NCBI GenBank assembly: GCA_002269645.1 | Contig: NIVC01002654.1 | Coordinates: 88,711-152,710 of the forward strand | Direction: 5' to 3' | DNA: 64,000 nucleotides | DNA from: Macrostomum lignano | Taxonomy: Eukaryota | Shown here: one piece after another, positions 21,298-34,003 of the stretch | Layout of the letters: every line of letters starts with the position of its first letter | Numbering within the stretch: the first letter of the stretch is position 1 | Notes under the pieces: generated by a model | The model's database searches: none | What the model saw: the letters and a program-made list of their open reading frames with translations, nothing else | Told to the model about the DNA's origin: nothing | Translations under genes and position numbers: made by a program

Positions 21298-22835
21298 CTA
21301 TGGCGACATTGTGCCGTCCACCATTATCGGCAAAATAGTTGGCGGTGTCTGCTCTTTATCCGGCGTCCTTGTTATCGCCCTGCCCGTGCCAGTCATTGTG
21401 TCGAATTTTTCCCGCATCTACCATCAGAATCAGCGGGCAGACAAGCGTAAGGCGCAAAAGGTACGTCATTTATTATTATTACTTAAACTATATGCAAGTC
21501 CAGCAGCTGCACATCACCTTCTCAGTGTTCACGGTCTCTTCATTGATCCATCTATGCCAAGTTGCACCATAGTTGAATGGTAAATGCTAAGAAATGCCAG
21601 TTGGTGCATAAGGGCCTCCCAAATTATGCGATTGTGCTCAAAGGTAATCAATGTTTGCAAATAATAGTCATTTCATCATCAGTATTGTTTAACCTCTGTC
21701 CAAAGTACCAAAATGGCAGTAAATTTAGTCTGCACCGAGCCTGATTGATTTTCACTTTCATGTCACTCTCCCAGAGCTGATTTCGAAGGCATAAGGACAT
21801 GCTGCTGCTCTCATTTCCTTTTGCATTTAACTTTTCCTGCAGAGAAGTTAGAGAGAAAAATACGAATGCATTTCTAATCTCAAAATCGATTATTATATTC
21901 AGGTGATTTTATTCCTCAAAGATTTCTATTTTTTAGCTAGACTTAATTATTTGACATCTCTCAACAAATGCAAATTTTGCGAACTGGAAGCAGCTTTCTA
22001 GTATTTACTTTGTTTTTGCGGCGCTTTAAATTCTCAAAATTGAGTACATACTCGTATCAAATCATAATTATAAAATTTTACCCATCAGTGTGCTTTGTGG
22101 CAGAGCAGCTCGGTGGTAAGCGCGTCTTGAGTCTCGCGCCACCACCCCTGCGCTAAACACATTGATTTGGGGCTTGTAAACGAATTAATTGGCCAAGAGG
22201 TTGGCGTGCCATTCACAGCCATGAGGGCCAACCCCCAAGGCATCACGATGCCTGACGGTTAGCAAGTCAGGGCCGCTGTACATTCTGTGTGAGAGTGTGT
22301 ATAAGTGCGTGCCTGCGTACAGCATTGGAGTCAGCGGAATGGGCAGAATCGCCTCACCGCTGATTGCGAGACGATGTCACCGAAGGCGTTGCGCCAGGGT
22401 GCCCGCAGTTCTGCGAATGGTTACTTGACCTTGAGTTGAGAGCCCCAGAATCTTATAAATGCTTAAATAGACCGACTGTGAGAACTATTCGTCTCCTGTT
22501 CTGTCGGCATTTGATCTTACGGTCTGCGAGGCCTGTCATGTCAACTCCAATCCGATTGTAGAAGGCCCGGCTGGCCCGGATTCGCATGGCTAAGAACGCC
22601 TCGGGTGCCGCTTTTATTAGCAGCAAAAAACGGGCCGAGGAGCGTCAGCGACTCCAGGAGACGGAGATTGGAGGCGCTGAATGCGGCAGCATCAGGGGCA
22701 GCGGCGCCGGCGACGATTCGGGATCGTCGGCAGACAGAAGGGAGGACGTGTTCGAATTGCAGCATCATCACCTGCTCACCTGCCTTGAGCGGACTACCGT
22801 GAGTGTAGATTAGAAGGCTAGAAGCACTGTCTGTC

Positions 22836-22868
<33 letters not shown>

Positions 22869-25800
22869 GTTTGTCTGTCTGTCTGTCTTAGTGTGTCTGT
22901 CTGCCTGTTTTACTGTCTTGTTGTCTGTCTGTGTTAGTGTCTGTCTGTCTGTCTTAGTGTCTGTCTGTCTGTCTTAGTGTCTGTCTGGCAGTCTGTCTCT
23001 GTCTGTCTACTCGCCTATGTAATCCTACTCGCCTATACGCAGGAGCGAGAATTCGTCGAGTTAGATCAGCTGACACAGCTGCCCGTGTGCAGCAGTCAGC
23101 AGCAGCCGCAGCCGGCGTCTCCCGCGACCGGCAGCGACGCGTCGATCGCGGGCGCCGACACCGAGCTGAGCCCGGGCGGTCCGGCCAGCTGCTTCAAGGG
23201 CCGCTGGCGCCGGGGCTCCCGGGAGGCGCGGACATATTTGGTGAGAATTTTTCCATTGATTATAATGATAGCTACATTTGCTGTAATTCTTAGTTTAGAT
23301 ATACACTTCCACTACTATTATTAGTATATTATTTAACTATTTTTGATAGATTATTAATTTTCGTAGACTTTTTAGTTGACTGGCGCAACAAGTTTTTGTC
23401 AAGTAATTTCGAGATAAAATAATTTAACTATTTAGCATTCGAACGTTAAAACCTTTTCTTGTTGTTTGCAATTGCATTTACCTGAGTGACGTTTAAAATG
23501 AGTAGCAATATGCTCAGCCCCATGCCAGTCAGAGTGCTCGCTATGGAATATGATGGAGCTGTTATTGTGCTCAGCCTCATGCCAGTCAGAGTGCTCGCTA
23601 TGGAATATGATGGAGCTGTTATTGTGCTCAGCCCCATGCCAGTCAGAGTGCTCGCTATGGAATATGATGGAGCTGTTATTGTGCTCAGCCCCATGCCAGT
23701 CAGAGTGCTCGCTATGGAATATGATGGAGCTGTTATTGTGCTCAGCCTCATGCCAGTCAGAGTGCTCGCTATGGAATATGATGGAGCTGTTATTGTGCTC
23801 AGCCTCATGCCAGTCAGAGTGCTCGCTATGGAATATGATGGAGCTGTTATTGTGCTCAGCCTCATGCCAGTCAGAGTGCTCGCTATGGAATATGATGGAG
23901 CTGTTATTGTGCTCAGCCTCATGCCAGTCAGAGTGCTCGCTATGGAATATGATGGAGCTGTTATTGTGCTCAGCCTCATGCCAGTCAGAGTGCTCGCTAT
24001 GGAATATGATGGAGCTGTTATTGTGCTCAGCCCCATGCCAGTCAGAGTGCTCGCTATGGAATATGATGGAGCTGTTATTGTGCTCAGCCTCATGCCAGTC
24101 AGAGTGCTCGCTATGGAATATGATGGAGCTGTTATTGTGCTCAGCCTCATGCCAGTCAGAGTGCTCGCTATGGAATATGATGGAGCTGTTATTGTGCTCA
24201 GCCCCATGCCAGTCAGAGTGCTCGCTATGGAATATGATGGAGCTGTTATTGTGCTCAGCCCCATGCCAGTCAGAGTGCTCGCTATGGAATATGATGGAGC
24301 TGTTATTGTGCTCAGCCTCATGCCAGTCAGAGTGCTCGCTATGGAATATGATGGAGCTGTTATTGTGCTCAGCCTCATGCCAGTCAGAGTGCTCGCTATG
24401 GAATATGATGGAGCTGTTATTGTGCTCAGCCCATGCCAGTCAGAGTGCTCGCTATGGAATATGATGGAGCTGTTATTGTGCTCAGCCTCATGCCAGTCAG
24501 AGTGCTCGCTATGGAATATGATGGAGCTGTTATTGTGCTCAGCCTCATGCCAGTCAGAGTGCTCGCTATGGAATATGATGGAGCTGTTATTGTGCTCAGC
24601 CCCATGCCAGTCAGAGTGCTCGCTATGGAATATGATGGAGCTGTTATTGTGCTCAGCCTCATGCCAGTCAGAGTGCTCGCTATGGAATATGATGGAGCTG
24701 TTATTGTGCTCAGCCCCATGCCAGTCAGAGTGCTCGCTATGGAATATGATGGAGCTGTTATTGTGCTCAGCCTCATGCCAGTCAGAGTGCTCGCTATGGA
24801 ATATGATGGAGCTGTTATTGTGCTCAGCCTCATGCCAGTCAGAGTGCTCGCTATGGAATATGATGGAGCTGTTATTGTGCTCAGCCCATGCCAGTCAGAG
24901 TGCTCGCTATGGAATATGATGGAGCTGTTATTGTGCTCAGCCTCATGCCAGTCAGAGTGCTCGCTATGGAATATGATGGAGCTGTTATTGTGCTCAGCCT
25001 CATGCCAGTCAGAGTGCTCGCTATGGAATATGATGGAGCTGTTATTGTGCTCAGCCCCATGCCAGTCAGAGTGCTCGCTATGGAATATGATGGAGCTGTT
25101 ATTGTGCTCAGCCTCATGCCAGTCAGAGTGCTCGCTATGGAATATGATGGAGCTGTTATTGTGCTCAGCCCATGCCAGTCAGAGTGCTCGCTATGGAATA
25201 TGATGGAGCTGTTATTGTGCTCAGCCCATGCCAGTCAGAGTGCTCGCTATGGAATATGATGGAGCTGTTATTGTGCTCAGCCTCATGCCAGTCAGAGTGC
25301 TCGCTATGGAATATGATGGAGCTGTTATTGTGCTCAGCCTCATGCCAGTCAGAGTGCTCGCTATGGAATATGATGGAGCTGTTATTGTGCTCAGCCCATG
25401 CCAGTCAGAGTGCTCGCTATGGAATATGATGGAGCTGTTATTGTGCTCAGCCTCATGCCAGTCAGAGTGCTCGCTATGGAATATGATGGAGCTGTTATTG
25501 TGCTCAGCCTCATGCCAGTCAGAGTGCTCGCTATGGAATATGATGGAGCTGTTATTGTGCTCAGCCCATGCCAGTCAGAGTGCTCGCTATGGAATATGAT
25601 GGAGCTGTTATTGTGCTCAGCCTCATGCCAGTCAGAGTGCTCGCTATGGAATATGATGGAGCTGTTATTGTGCTCAGCCTCATGCCAGTCAGAGTGCTCG
25701 CTATGGAATATGATGGAGCTGTTATTGTGCTCAGCCTCATGCCAGTCAGAGTGCTCGCTATGGAATATGATGGAGCTGTTATTGCGCTCAGCCCATGCCA

Positions 25801-27943
25801 GTCAGAGTGCTCGCTATGGAATATGATGGAGCTGTTATTGTGCTCAGCCTCATGCCAGTCAGAGTGCTCGCTATGGAATATGATGGAGCTGTTATTGCGC
25901 TCAGCCTCATGCCAGTCAGAGTGCTCGCTATGGAATATGATGGAGCTGTTATTGCGCTCAGCCTCATGCCAGTCAGAGTGCTCGCTATGGAATATGATGG
26001 AGCTGTTATTGTGCTCAGCCTCATGCCAGTCAGAGTGCTCGCTATGGAATATGATGGAGCTGTTATTGTGCTCAGCCCATGCCAGTCAGAGTGCTCGCTA
26101 TTGAATATGATGGAGCTGTTATTGTGCTCAGCCCATGCCAGTCAGAGTGCTCGCTATGGAATATGATGGAGCTGTTATTGTGCTCAGCCTCATGCCAGTC
26201 AGAGTGCTCGCTATGGAATATGATGGAGCTGTTATTGTGCTCAGCCCCATGCCAGTCAGAGTGCTCGCTATGGAATATGATGGAGCTGTTATTGTGCTCA
26301 GCCTCATGCCAGTCAGAGTGCTCGCTATGGAATATGATGGAGCTGTTATTGTGCTCAGCCCCATGCCAGTCAGAGTGCTCGCTATGGAATATGATGGAGC
26401 TGTTATTGTGCTCAGCCTCATGCCAGTCAGAGTGCTCGCTATGGAATATGATGGAGCTGTTATTGTGCTCAGCCCCATGCCAGTCAGAGTGCTCGCTATG
26501 GAATATGATGGAGCTGTTATTGTGCTCAGCCTCATGCCAGTTATATTCGAACTATTATTATGCATAATTATTATTGCATTATAACTCTTACGCAGCTTCG
26601 CCGGTTCCGGGTGAGAAGTGATGCGATATTCTCATTTTTCTGCAAATTTTCGTATTCAAACCCCAAGTTCTGTAATCTGTTGTCTTTCTTAACTGTTCGA
26701 GTCATTCTCTTTATTCTTTATTCTACGCTATTTCTATGCATAAGTGAGCACTTCATTTTTTTCCGAACTCGTTTTCTTTAATTAACTAAGTACTAATATA
26801 CTGATAAGGTTCTACTAACCATGTGTAGCATTAGGCCTTAAGTAACTATTAAATAACGTGCGTAACTAACTTATATTTATTATTGTGTTCAAAGTTGCCA
26901 ATTGTTGCTGTCAATCTCTTTCCATTGCAGCCCGGCCGGGGCCGCGCAGAGGAAGGCGAAGAGCTCAACAGGAGACCTAACTCCCGATACCAAGGTTTGT
27001 TCGCTTTGAATTAAAGAAAACTGCATGTACTACTTAATGTACTAGACTTCGATAGGGTTTACTCTCTACGCCGGAGCTAGAAATAAAAAAACTCCGCTCC
27101 TGCTGGGCTGACCATAAACTATAGCTAGAATTTTAATGCGCCACTGTGCTATTTTACCATAGACTGTTAAGGCTGTGGGTCTATGGCCAGCAGCTTAAAG
27201 TTTTCATGGCCTATCTTTAGCTAATATCACAGATTCTATATGCCCCCTAGATGGGCCACTCCAGCCGCATTAGACCATAGACTGTAGCATTAGCAGCGGC
27301 AGCTAGTGTCTGTGGCCCTAACCCCCTGGAGTTTTTGGAGCCTCCTATAATAATAATAATAATTGATTACACCTGTCCCAATGGGCAGATGTGCAACCGA
27401 CAGCTCAGCCGCAGCTATTGCGCGTCGCATCTGAAGGCTGCTTACGGCTGTTCAATCCAAGAACTGGGGGTCGCCACGCACACCCTCAATTACCCCAGCT
27501 AATGCTGGCACCCATTTTACAGCTGGTTGAACTGAAACAATGCAGAGTTAAGTGTCTTGCTCAAGGACACAAATTGTTCCAGTGGGATCTGAAATCGAAC
27601 CCCCCACCTTTAAGTCGTGAGTACGACGCTCTAAACACTAGGCTACAACCCCCTGGAGCCTCCTAGACTGCCACTAAATACATTAGCGAATGCTGGAGGG
27701 ACACATCTGGGTAATATGAAATCTGTGGCTAAGGCTGTAAGTCCCCAAGTGATTAACTCGCTCTGGTTGATATCAATCATTATATAACTCCCGTTAGCTG
27801 GTCCGCACTCGGTCATCAGCAACGCTCGGACAACAGCAGTTGTCACAATCTCGGCCAACGAGGACGATCCAGACGAGGACGACAATTTCGAGCTGTACGA
27901 ATCGACCGGGGCCTCGGGCTCCAGAGAGGATAGCCGGTTGTGA
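21298..27943 (+). CDS. Shal: Shal/Kv4 voltage-gated K+ channel, 3' half only (pore exit, S6, C-terminus)
   Basis: Exons 21298-21460 ([54 protein letters not shown]), 22562-22798 ([11 protein letters not shown]...[16 protein letters not shown]), 23043-23240 (EREFVE), 26931-26994 and 27798-27943 ([10 protein letters not shown]...SRL*). These are Kv4-diagnostic motifs, and phases are compatible. The last two exons are less certain. Confidence 0.92.
22180..22410 (+). mobile_element. Diverged partial SINE family B copy
   Basis: GCCAACCCCCAAGG...GGGCCGCTGTACA...GGAATGGG...GCGCCAGGGTGC motifs as in the 18700 copy. Confidence 0.55.
22830..23000. repeat. (TGTC)n microsatellite
   Basis: Visible run in a Kv4 intron. 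Confidence 0.9.
23510..26540. repeat. 57-bp satellite (56-bp variants), about 53 copies, in a Kv4 intron
   Basis: Unit ATGCCAGTCAGAGTGCTCGCTATGGAATATGATGGAGCTGTTATTGTGCTCAGCCTC. Confidence 0.98.
27348..27653 (-). mobile_element. SINE family A full-length copy with target-site duplication
   Basis: TSD TGGAGCCTCCTA at 27336-27347 and 27654-27665; (TTA)n tail on the minus strand. Confidence 0.9.
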
Positions 27944-29115
27944 CTGGGCGCTTCTGTCTACTTGGTTTTTGCTACTTATGATTACCTCAATCGTTTGTTG
28001 TACACATTGACATGCGGTGTATTGTCTTGGTATTGATTGATTTTAATCTTTCTTTTTGAGTTGGGCTTCTAATTTAAGCAGATTCTAATGAGCTTCTAAT
28101 GAGCTCTATTTCACCCAGCTGTGATAGCATAGCAACCATGCAGCGAATTAGGCATATTGCTAATCTATTTATTTATTTATTTTCAGAGATGCATGTCATT
28201 TTAACTGTTGCTGAGCTCATCTCTGTGTGCATATATCAGATGTATTTTCGCATATTTATTTATCGCTAGCCAACAATCAAATTTCAATTCGATATCAATT
28301 CGCACAACAAATATATTTATCTTCTTCACCGATGTTTGCATTGTTAGTTATAATACTTATGTGTAATAATTGTTCTGAATATTTTAGTTTGCTGCTGATG
28401 AACTAACAGTATTTTACCCTGCATTGAACGCAAATTGTGTTCTTAACGTTGCAATGATTCCTACATTATATTGATACTTCTATTATGCTGATAGAGTGGC
28501 CAGGTAATGAAAATTATTTCCTTTTAGCTGACTTGCACATCCTCCTGTTATCAATAAATTTACACCGTAATAGCCTAATTAGGTCAGTTCTCTGTTTATT
28601 TTTTCATTTTAGTGAATTTTTCAAGTACTTGTTTGGCAAGCATTAACTTTGTGTGTTGCTGTGTGTTTCTATAGTAGACTTTTTCAAGCAAGCCTCTCTG
28701 ACACTTCAATTTCTGTTTGTGTTTGAATGAATATCATTGTCTTCAGTTGACTTGATTATGTTATACTTTACTTATGTATACTTTACCCTGCTTAACCATA
28801 TGTAGTGGACGAAAATAGCAAAAACTTTTTTACAGTCTTATACTCTACTTTCCTCATACGTTATGTAAATATGTGCATTCCTAAACATTTATCTGTGAAC
28901 AAAGTCCATCTTGACCCACTGTTCGATCTTTATCGTATTGCACTGTTCGTACCAGAATGTAATCCTAGTCCGTTTTTTTTAAAACTTGATGGTATTTTCC
29001 CTCACCTTTTTTGATTATTTATATATCCGTCATCGTTTTGACAAATATAACCTTGATGACAACTGCACATTTTTCGTTTTCATTTTTAATAGATTTCATA
29101 GTTTAGATTATAGCA

Positions 29116-29524
29116 TAGCCTTTTGCGGCCCATTTGGGCCTATCCGCTCTGTAGTTTTAACCCTAGATGTTCATTTAGACATGACTGTCACAAGCAGTGA
29201 AGACGAGAGCAATGCTTCATTTGCAACTGCTGCGGCGGAGCAAGATCAGCCCCAGAATCGTGGACCATATGCTAGACTGTCAAACAGAGACCAAAGACTT
29301 CTGCTCGAAGCGGAGTTTTGACCATACTAAAAATGCTCTTTTTGTTATAGTTAAGCAGATTGAATTTTTTACGTCACCTTGTGTTAGTACAGTGAATAGA
29401 TTGCTTTGCGCAGCTGTAACTAATGATTGGGTTTCATAGCCGCTACCATTGCTACCATTACTTAGCAAGCATATCTTGGATTAAATTCAATGCGAGTAAG
29501 CCCAAATGGGCTGCAAAAAGCTGT
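29116..29524 (+). mobile_element. Tc1/mariner-derived MITE (short deletion derivative)
   Basis: Terminal inverted repeats TAGCCTTTTGCGGCCCATTTGGGC / GCCCAAATGGGCTGCAAAAAGCTG. Internal QNRGPYARL segment is shared with the 46134-46880 element. Confidence 0.75.
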
Positions 29525-30166
29525 ATTGATTTCGTCAGTCAAGTTGATAATAAGGCCGATCAAGTAAATGCCATGAAACAGCACACTCGGCCATAGACAG
29601 TACAGCCAATTAAGTGGACAGCTCGCAATTCCAAGCTGCTCTCTCCCACAGACAGCAAGCCAAGCCAGCTGTTTAAAGCTGTTCTCTCTGGTTAAATGAC
29701 AATCAAGTAGAGAATTTCAAAGCAAGTATTGTGGCCCAGTTGAAAGCATACAGATTAAAGACAGGTTGGACCTTAGACTACGCAAATTTCCGACTGTGAA
29801 ACACAGCTGATAGACATATACGACTAGAATTGGAAATGAATAAAAGCGCCCGATAGCATATAAAAATTGGGTTGGGCCATAGACCATACAGATTTCCGAC
29901 TCTGAAACACAAGCGTCGTGGCAAACACCCTAACCTAGAATTTCAGGCATAGAGAATTTTACTTCTAGGCCATAAAACGTTGAGTCACGCTTAGTTTTGG
30001 GCATAGACTTAAGGCTAAGCCCCAAAAATCCTTATTTATCCCCTTTTAGGGGAGCCCATTGGCGGAGAATGGCCAGTGAAGGCTTTCGTCGTATTTTAAG
30101 TCATTAGTGTGAGTAATTTAGCGTAATGATTCGTGTACTAAGCATTATGAATATCCTCTCGCATTC

Positions 30167-31294
30167 ATGCTAGCTCAAATCGCGCACTTCGCCATCCAGC
30201 GCACTAGCAGACAGACTAGACAGGCAATGGCTCAGACTCAAATTTCTAAGTTCTTTAAAACAATGCCAAAAGATGGCGAGAAATCTTCCTCGTCCAAGCA
30301 GGACGCTGACCAAACTTCGACGCCCGATCAAGAAAGAAAGGATGAAAAAGTTGAGTCAAGGTCCAATTGGCTACAGAATCAGCAGGAAAGCCGCAAGTCC
30401 ATGGATAAGCGACCTTTGAGCGCCGACAAAGACGAGGACAAAGACTGCTCCGGGGAGATGAAAAATTCCGAGCCGAAGCGTCCCTGCCTATCAACTGAGA
30501 CACCGCCGCGGCCGCAGCAGAATCTTAACGCGTTTCTGGCTTCGCCGTCCAGCTTCGGAAAGGAGAACCAGAGCCAGTTTCTGAGCGCCCAGCCAGCCGC
30601 TGTTCAGTCGCTGATGGTTGACTTCGGTATCAGCTGGATGCAGGCCCTGAAGCCTGAGCTCACTAAGACTTACTTTGTCCAGCTAGCTGAATTTGTTCGG
30701 GCCGAGCGCTCCAGCAAGACAATCTACCCTCCGCCTGGGGAGGTCTTCTCCTGGACTCGCGCCTGCCGCCTGCAGGAGGTGAAGGTGGTCATCCTGGGCC
30801 AGGACCCCTATCACGGCCCTAACCAGGCCCACGGGCTCTGCTTCTCGGTCCGCCGGCCGACCGTGCCGCCTCCCAGCCTGCTCAACATTTACAAAGAGGT
30901 GTCGAACAATTTTCCGGACAAGTTTCAGCATCCAGGACATGGCGATCTGACTGGCTGGGCTGAGCAAGGTGTGCTACTGCTCAACGCTGTGCTCACTGTT
31001 CGCCGCGGTGAGGCGAATTCGCATCAGGGCCGCGGCTGGGAGACGTTCACTGACGCCGTGGTCGCTACGCTCAACTCTCGCTCCGCAGGCCTAGTATTCA
31101 TACTGTGGGGCAACTATGCCCAGAAAAAGGGCGCCAAAATTGATAAGCGCAAGCACAAGGTCATTTGCGGCGCTCATCCGTCGCCTCTGGCCGTTAATCG
31201 GGGCGGCTTCTTTGGCAAAATGTACTTTAAGGAAGCCAACGACTATTTGAAGTCGGTTGGAAAATCGACCATCGATTGGTGCCACTTGCCTTGA
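30167..31294 (+). CDS. UNG: Uracil-DNA glycosylase (family 1), intronless
   Basis: GQDPYH, AHGLCFS, GVLLLN, HPSPL catalytic motifs; PIP-box QTQISKFF at the second Met (30227); AATAAA at 31391. Confidence 0.97.
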   Translation: MLAQIAHFAIQRTSRQTRQAMAQTQISKFFKTMPKDGEKSSSSKQDADQTSTPDQERKDEKVESRSNWLQNQQESRKSMDKRPLSADKDEDKDCSGEMKNSEPKRPCLSTETPPRPQQNLNAFLASPSSFGKENQSQFLSAQPAAVQSLMVDFGISWMQALKPELTKTYFVQLAEFVRAERSSKTIYPPPGEVFSWTRACRLQEVKVVILGQDPYHGPNQAHGLCFSVRRPTVPPPSLLNIYKEVSNNFPDKFQHPGHGDLTGWAEQGVLLLNAVLTVRRGEANSHQGRGWETFTDAVVATLNSRSAGLVFILWGNYAQKKGAKIDKRKHKVICGAHPSPLAVNRGGFFGKMYFKEANDYLKSVGKSTIDWCHLP

Positions 31295-32081
31295 CTGGTT
31301 TAAAGCTTCCAATTGGATTGTTTAGTTGCATTTTTTCGTTTTTATCCTTCATAAACATCACTTGTTTATGGGTGAAAAATCAGTTTAACTAATAAAATTA
31401 TTAAAGGCAGCACACTCTGCAGAATGTAATCATTTTCAAAATAAATCATATTTTTATATACATATATCCACTAGTTTTTTTCGATGAAGCTTATATCTAT
31501 TGCAAAACAAAATCATCCCCTACAAATCTTTCACTGGAATATTTGGCACACAACTAAATAAGCACTTTATGAAGCTCTCTTCTAACGGCAATTCGCCAAC
31601 AAATCTACTTTGCATCTGACTGCTCTGGTATTGGTTGATTTTTTCTGTGTTTTAAAGCATTTTATTATGCAAATTTGAGCTGATAGTTTATATATTAAAG
31701 CAGCGCAATGCTATGCAATAGGGTCCGCTTATCTTTGTGACCGTTTGTTCCTGTACTTCTCTAGTGGCGCTGATTTGCGTATTAAACAAAAATATACGTT
31801 TGATTTTACCACCTTTTGGTTACGTATATAGCGTTTCTTGTGTTTGTATGTCTTTAAAATGTCATTAACTAGTATTTTTATTTTTTATAGCAAGGCTTAA
31901 AAGCTCTATTCAATTCGCCATCTTGCAGATCCTCATTCGAGTTATACAGACTCTTAATGCTTAAACAGTTAATTTTGGTTGGCCTTTTTTGAAAGGAAAT
32001 CAAAGCTACTTGCTAAATAACGCTTATAATTAATTTTCATGCCTGCGGCAGAATCGGGCGGCGTCCATCAGCTGGGGGAGC

Positions 32082-33437
32082 ATGCGCACTCACCTGGCCA
32101 AGACGCGTCACGTGGCTCTGGTGCACGGCCTGCTAGGCTGGGGCCCAGGCCAGCTGGTTCTGCCTAGCGGCGCCGTCTCCTACTGGGAGACGGCTGTGGA
32201 TTCTCGCACGGACACCAGCGGCCTGACAGTCTTGGAGGCCGGTGTTGGCCCAATCAGTTCGCAGCATGACCGAGCATGCGAGCTATACGCGCAGCTTCGC
32301 GGATGCCGTACAGACTATGGCGAAGAGCACTCGGCCTTGCATGGCCACGAGCGATGGGGCCCGGACTTTACTGGCCGAGGCCTCCACCCAGACTGGTGCG
32401 CTGAGCAGCCAATCCATCTAGTTGGACACTCGGCCGGTGGAAACACTTCTAGAACTCTCCAGCGCCTGTTGGCTGATGATTTCTGGTCGGAGGGCACCGA
32501 GTCCAATTGGGTCACATCCGTAACTTGCCTGGCCAGTCCGCTCAACGGCTCGCCCGCTGTCTATATGTTCGGCTGCGACGAAGCTACCGGCTTATTTCGT
32601 TGGCCGCGCATGCTGAACGTTTTTAGTCGCCTATTGCCGCGCAACTGGATTCTGGAACATTGGGGCCTATCCGACACTGATGTTGCTTATCCATCTCGAC
32701 TGCGCTCCAGCGGAATTTTCGCTGGAACTGATAACCTGGCTTACGATTTGTCCATTCAAGGCTGCTCTCGCATCAATTATTCGGGATTCCTTGATGACTT
32801 TTTATCCACGTACTATCTGTCCTGCGTTGCAAAGTGCACAGCGCCAGGAACTTCTTGTTCGAACTGTGCGACTCCAAGTCGAGACTGTCGCTCATTTTTT
32901 CTGCCCTCTTGTCGCTATATGTGCTCGCGCAGAGTGCGTATTAAACATCGGAACCATTCTACAGATGCTGATCATCGGTTACATCAGGAGTTTTACCGTC
33001 CAGACCTCGACCTAGATTGGTGCCACAACGACGGCCTAGTACCAATTGCCAGTCAGCGTTATCCTATTGGCGGCTCGCACTCTATTGGCGGCGAGTTGAG
33101 TTCGGAGCAGCCAGAACAGGGTCGCTGGTACTACACAAACGCTACTGATCTGGCTGGCGTACAGCCGAATCTGTCCTGGGACCACGCCGACTTTACAGTG
33201 CTGCGTAGTCCTCTTCTTAGCTTGGCTTTTCCAGCCAATAGCAGTATTTGCCGATTTCTGCGATGCGGCCGTAAGGGCAGTCTAGCGCCAGCTCGTGCTC
33301 CATTGAAAGATGCGGAGCTTAATACAAACGAAAAATCTGACCCCGATGCTGATGCTGAATCTGGCGGGACAGTGACACGTTGCATGCAGCGCTCCTTCTA
33401 TGAGCGGCTGTACCGCCATCTGAGCGGCCTGTCTTAG
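32082..33437 (+). CDS. Alpha/beta-hydrolase lipase resembling family I.5/I.6 and plant At1g10740-like lipases, intronless
   Basis: VHGLLGWG, GPISSQHDRACELYAQLRG, DYGEEHSALHGHERWG, nucleophile GHSAGG, NDGLVP (acid) and WDHADF (His). Confidence 0.88.
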   Translation: MRTHLAKTRHVALVHGLLGWGPGQLVLPSGAVSYWETAVDSRTDTSGLTVLEAGVGPISSQHDRACELYAQLRGCRTDYGEEHSALHGHERWGPDFTGRGLHPDWCAEQPIHLVGHSAGGNTSRTLQRLLADDFWSEGTESNWVTSVTCLASPLNGSPAVYMFGCDEATGLFRWPRMLNVFSRLLPRNWILEHWGLSDTDVAYPSRLRSSGIFAGTDNLAYDLSIQGCSRINYSGFLDDFLSTYYLSCVAKCTAPGTSCSNCATPSRDCRSFFLPSCRYMCSRRVRIKHRNHSTDADHRLHQEFYRPDLDLDWCHNDGLVPIASQRYPIGGSHSIGGELSSEQPEQGRWYYTNATDLAGVQPNLSWDHADFTVLRSPLLSLAFPANSSICRFLRCGRKGSLAPARAPLKDAELNTNEKSDPDADAESGGTVTRCMQRSFYERLYRHLSGLS

Positions 33438-34003
33438 GTTACATTGGTTTAACGCAAACCCTTTTGCCGAAGAAACATTTTGTTACAGATAAGTTGAATT
33501 TGAAACTTGGAAAATATTTTGTTTCTTTCATTATTTTTCAGTTTATGCTTAGCCATATTGCTTTTTAAAATACCACATTATTTGTACTCCAATGAAACTT
33601 TTCCTGGAATACGCCGAGGCGCCCAATAATTTATTGTTCAAACTTAATTATTATGATGCTTTACGCTCTTTTGACCTGAAATATACGAGCTACCATTGAC
33701 TTTTGCTTCCATCAGAAGCATGCGGTTTCGAGTTAATCTTTATTTTGCGATTATTGTACCTTAAAAATTGCTAGTGAAGGTACTTACGAGCGTAGTCTCG
33801 TTGCTCGTAGATGTATGCTTTTGTTTCAGAATCAGAATCTAAAGAATCTTAGCTCTATCTACTCGTCATTGCGTTTGGCAGTTATTTATAGTCGTAATTT
33901 GTCGATTTACATTTAGTTTTCAAACGAAGTTAGTGAAATGTTTTCAAGGTGGCGACAATAAAGTGAATTTAAATATATTTTCGTTTCCGTTTCTTATGCC
34001 TGC

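Noticed and set aside
15676-26540. 83-bp and 57-bp regular arrays as possible CRISPR arrays
   Set aside because: Units are head-to-tail with no unique spacers, there are no cas genes, and the context is eukaryotic.
23446-26584. Repetitive ORFs ([19 protein letters not shown] etc.)
   Set aside because: Artefacts of the 57-bp satellite within a Kv4 intron; open in multiple frames on both strands.
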